Assembly (NCBI GenBank): GCA_964016885.1
Contig: OZ024745.1
Coordinates: forward strand, 53,258,001 to 53,322,000
Direction: 5' to 3'
Source of the DNA: Eledone cirrhosa
Lineage: Eukaryota
Length of the DNA: 64,000 bases
In this document: one piece after another, positions 60,401-64,000 of the stretch
Position numbering within the stretch: position 1 is the stretch's first letter
How the letters are laid out: every line of letters begins with the position of its first letter
Program-made: the position numbers and the translations under genes
The notes under the pieces: generated by a model
What the model saw: only the letters and a program-made list of their open reading frames with translations
The model's database searches: none
Told to the model about the DNA's origin: nothing

Positions 60401-60735
60401 TAAATGTGTAGATTGCTATTTGATTCTTTAGTTGCTAAACTGATTTATCTAGTTATTTGGTTGTCTGATTGTATGATTGATTGATTGCTTGGTTGCTTGA
60501 TTGGTTTTTTTGTTGATGCTTTTGTTTTTGATAATTCTGCTAGGCTGCTTGGTTGCTTAGTTTGTTGGCTGGCTGGTTGGTTGGCTGCTTGGTTGATAGC
60601 GAGATTTGTTTCCAAAGCCTGCATTTCTTGTGTCAGTCTTGCTGTATTTTATTCTCACATTAACCCCGACGTGCAAATTTATATCCATCTATCATTCATT
60701 TTCTCTCCCTCACGCCTCTCCTTTTAATCTCCCCC

Positions 60736-60825
<90 letters not shown>

Positions 60826-60881
60826 TCTTTTACTCTTTTACCTGTTTCAGCCATCCGGCTGAGGCCATGCTGGGGCACCGC

Positions 60882-60939
<58 letters not shown>

Positions 60940-62284
60940 AGATGCTGAGGTTACATATATCGTTTAATCATAATAATTATTTCTACGGTTCCCCATGCAA
61001 TCGAGATGTCCATCCATTTGCTGTTGATTATGAGAACGGTTTCCTCAGATGAAGACCGATATATTTGATATGCCGCTGGCAGGAAAACACACAACCTAAT
61101 GCCTGTGCTCCCATTATACATGAGTTCCTTGAAGGGTTTGCCAGCCGTCACGTTTATTAGAAAAAGCTATCACCGAAAAAAGACGAAAAGAACGAAGAAC
61201 CGTGTGCAACCAAAACCCAGTAGACAGTTGAAGGAACACAAGGAGCTCTTGGGGGGGGGGGGTATACATTTAGTTGACGAACACCTATAGTCAACAACAA
61301 CAACGACAACGACAGCTACAACAACAACAATGACAATAATATCAAATCGCCGACCAAAGTTGTCCACACTGGTCGCAATAGTCGTGTTGATATCATCACC
61401 CTATTGACAACAACAACTAAAACAACAGCTACAGTAAAAACACTTACAAAGACAACAGCAACAAACGACAACAACAGCAAAAACACAGACTAGCGTCGTG
61501 TATACAGGTCGTAGTCGTCGCAGTGACGGTACCACCCTGTTGACCGTAAACAGCGATAACGCCAAAGCAATAACAAGGAGTTTAGAGGTAGGTGGGGACA
61601 CAGAGTTGGTGGTATCAATCACCATGACCATAAACAGTAACAACAACAATGGCAACGGCAACAAGCAGCAACACCGCCCATCCCGTTCGTCGCAGTAGTG
61701 GTGGTATCATCTATGTCAGTATTAAGCCATTAGTAACAACAAGACCAGCGATGACCCCACCACGGCGACGGCGGCAACAGGAAAGAAGCCACGCTTCCAT
61801 GAAAATTAAACTAACCACAATAGTAGTCCGTTGAAACAAGGAAGCGAAAATGGGATAGAAAACATAGATGGGTAGTTATATATATAAAAACATTCCCAGT
61901 TAATACAATCCTCCTCTATCACTGGAAGGCACAAGGCCAGCAATGATCATAGCATTCAGTCCCAACCACAGTGGCAACAATACTATCAAAAGGGCTGTTA
62001 GGCCATGGAAGAGAGTTATGGGCAGCGAAAGTAGGAACAGGAACAAATAGAAGAAACGAGAACACATATAGAGAACACAATAATAAAGGAACGGGACAAA
62101 ATACATAAAAAAAACAACAGCAGGTATATAAACAGAGGAATAGGGAACAAAGGACAAGAAACAAGTACTCATAGAGACTCCAGGTGTGCAAACAAGATAT
62201 CAACGGTTCGCCTGACGCTGGGGTTGCCGCATGGCCATGCCCGGCTTCCACGAAAAAGTTTGCAAAAGTGTTCAACTAGCACCA

Positions 62285-62545
62285 CTACGTGGTTAGTCTG
62301 TACAGTTTGAGTAAGGGCCCAGAGGATCTGTGGAGGCAGGTGCTGAAGAGGTAACTCCTTTTATTGATAACTTGAGCTCCCCTCTCGATTATTTCCCTAA
62401 TCTCGGTGACACACAAATGGCACGAGTCATCTCCGCCCCCTCTGGAGGGTTGGGCTGATGCTACCTTGGACCACGACATGGTGAATTCTACATTATCCCG
62501 TTTCAGACGCCACACTAGTTCCGAGAGGGCGGTGCTGTGCTTCTT
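62285..62545 (-). mobile_element. PLE GIY-YIG C-terminal fragment (same type as 33915-34160)
   Basis: STALSELVWRLK..MSWSKV..CHLCVTE..INKRSYLFSTCLH; it begins at (TA)n. Confidence 0.82.
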
Positions 62546-62656
62546 ATATATATATATATATATATATAGTATACTAGGGAGAGGATCAGGGGTGTATAAC
62601 ACTCCACTTTTCCAGCAGGCAGTATAATGTTATTGCTTGTATGGTATGTAATTAAC

Positions 62657-62714
62657 CTTTATGCTCTGATGAGTCCCACTTATAGTGCGGATGAAACAAT
62701 GTTAGCAAGTAAAG
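62657..62714 (+). ncRNA. Minimal type I hammerhead in a ~180-bp island between (TA)n tracts
   Basis: CTTTA-TGCT-CTGATGA-GTCC-CACT-tat-AGTG-c-GGAT-GAAA-caatgTT-AGCA-ag-TAAAG. Confidence 0.8.
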
Positions 62715-63527
62715 ACATGCATATGCTATAGGCGTTCTTTGTTATTTATTATATATATATATATATATATATACATATATATTTCTCTCTCATCTCAATC
62801 ATTATAGTTGCTTTCTCTTTTTCTCTCAATAAATCACATTTCTCAACATTACTCACATTCACACATACATACAGATATAACAACACATATACCCACACAT
62901 ACGGACAAACATGTATGTATGTACGTATATGTATGTGTGTATGTATATATGTATATATATGTACATATGTATGTATGCACATATATATATATATATGTAT
63001 ATGTGTATGTATGCATATATATGTATTGTGATGTATACATGTATATATGTATGTTTGTGTGAGTGTGTGCTTATGAATGTATGAATGTATTGCTATTGTT
63101 GTTAATCCTATTCCATAGGTACATGAACGTAGACGTTTCAACCGTGAAAATCTTTTGCTTTTTACTTTTATTTCATTTTATTTAATGAATAACTTTATGG
63201 GTCCTTTGTTTCGTAACTCAGTTTAGTGTAATTTTAGAAAGTTTTGTGTCATTTCTTTCAGATCGAGTGACTTCATAGAGGTTCGCTTTCTGATCCATGT
63301 CTATATATGTTTGGAAACTATGGTATCAAGGTAAAACTATGTTTATGAATGTACTAACAGCCTCAGAATCCCTATTGCCTTCGATGTTATGAATGTAACA
63401 TTTTAAAAGTTGAAATATAATTCAGTATTACACACCGTATGAGTCCCTGCCTGTACGTGCGTATGTATGAGTGTGTGTATGTATTGGGGTGTACACACGC
63501 ATGTACACACACATATACACACGTCCA

Positions 63528-63660
<133 letters not shown>

Positions 63661-64000
63661 TGCTTGCTAATTCTAACAGATGTTTATGTCACTTACGCAA
63701 TGCTTTCGGTAAAATCCTGAACTGCACGTCATCATGTCACTCGAACTCAGCATATTTTATCATCCGTATGTATAAATGCTTCATTTATTTGAATTACAAA
63801 GTTGTATGGATTTGATTTGTCAGGATCAGTACAGATGCAGATGTAATGCAATGCTTTTCAATATTTACCTTGCACCCTATTGGTTTCTATTCGTACGGAC
63901 AATTAGACTGCTATAGTATATATACATATACTGTATATATATATAATATATATGTAGGATGTTATTTTAAATACCTATCACTCGAATATAGAAATTTCCT

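Noticed and set aside
61909-62024. Twister-like motif on the minus strand (TAACTCT...GCTGG..CCAG..AGAGGAGG)
   Set aside because: P1 and the second pseudoknot could not be formed.

Overview
AT-rich, microsatellite-saturated animal DNA with no confidently identifiable host gene. The CORE- and Deu/Nin-type tRNA-SINEs and the repeat landscape suggest a cephalopod such as Octopus (inference). Nearly all ORF-track entries are microsatellite noise. The window is dominated by mobile elements: Penelope-like elements (PLEs; RT plus C-terminal GIY-YIG) of at least three types, two R4/Dong-type RLE retrotransposon copies, RTE-like 3' ends with (TATG)n tails, a CR1-group LINE, an internally deleted Chapaev3-type DNA transposon and SINEs. 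The most striking signal is an RNA one. About 23 minimal type I hammerhead ribozyme (HHR) motifs were read by eye, mostly in elements bounded by (TA)n. They include non-coding, highly structured tandem units of 310, 466 and 659 bp that resemble retrozymes (candidate circular-RNA producers), core variants with an extra nucleotide after A9 or a U3-A8 swap, and repeated fold-back palindromes at PLE 5' truncation points. All structures were read manually and none was computed.
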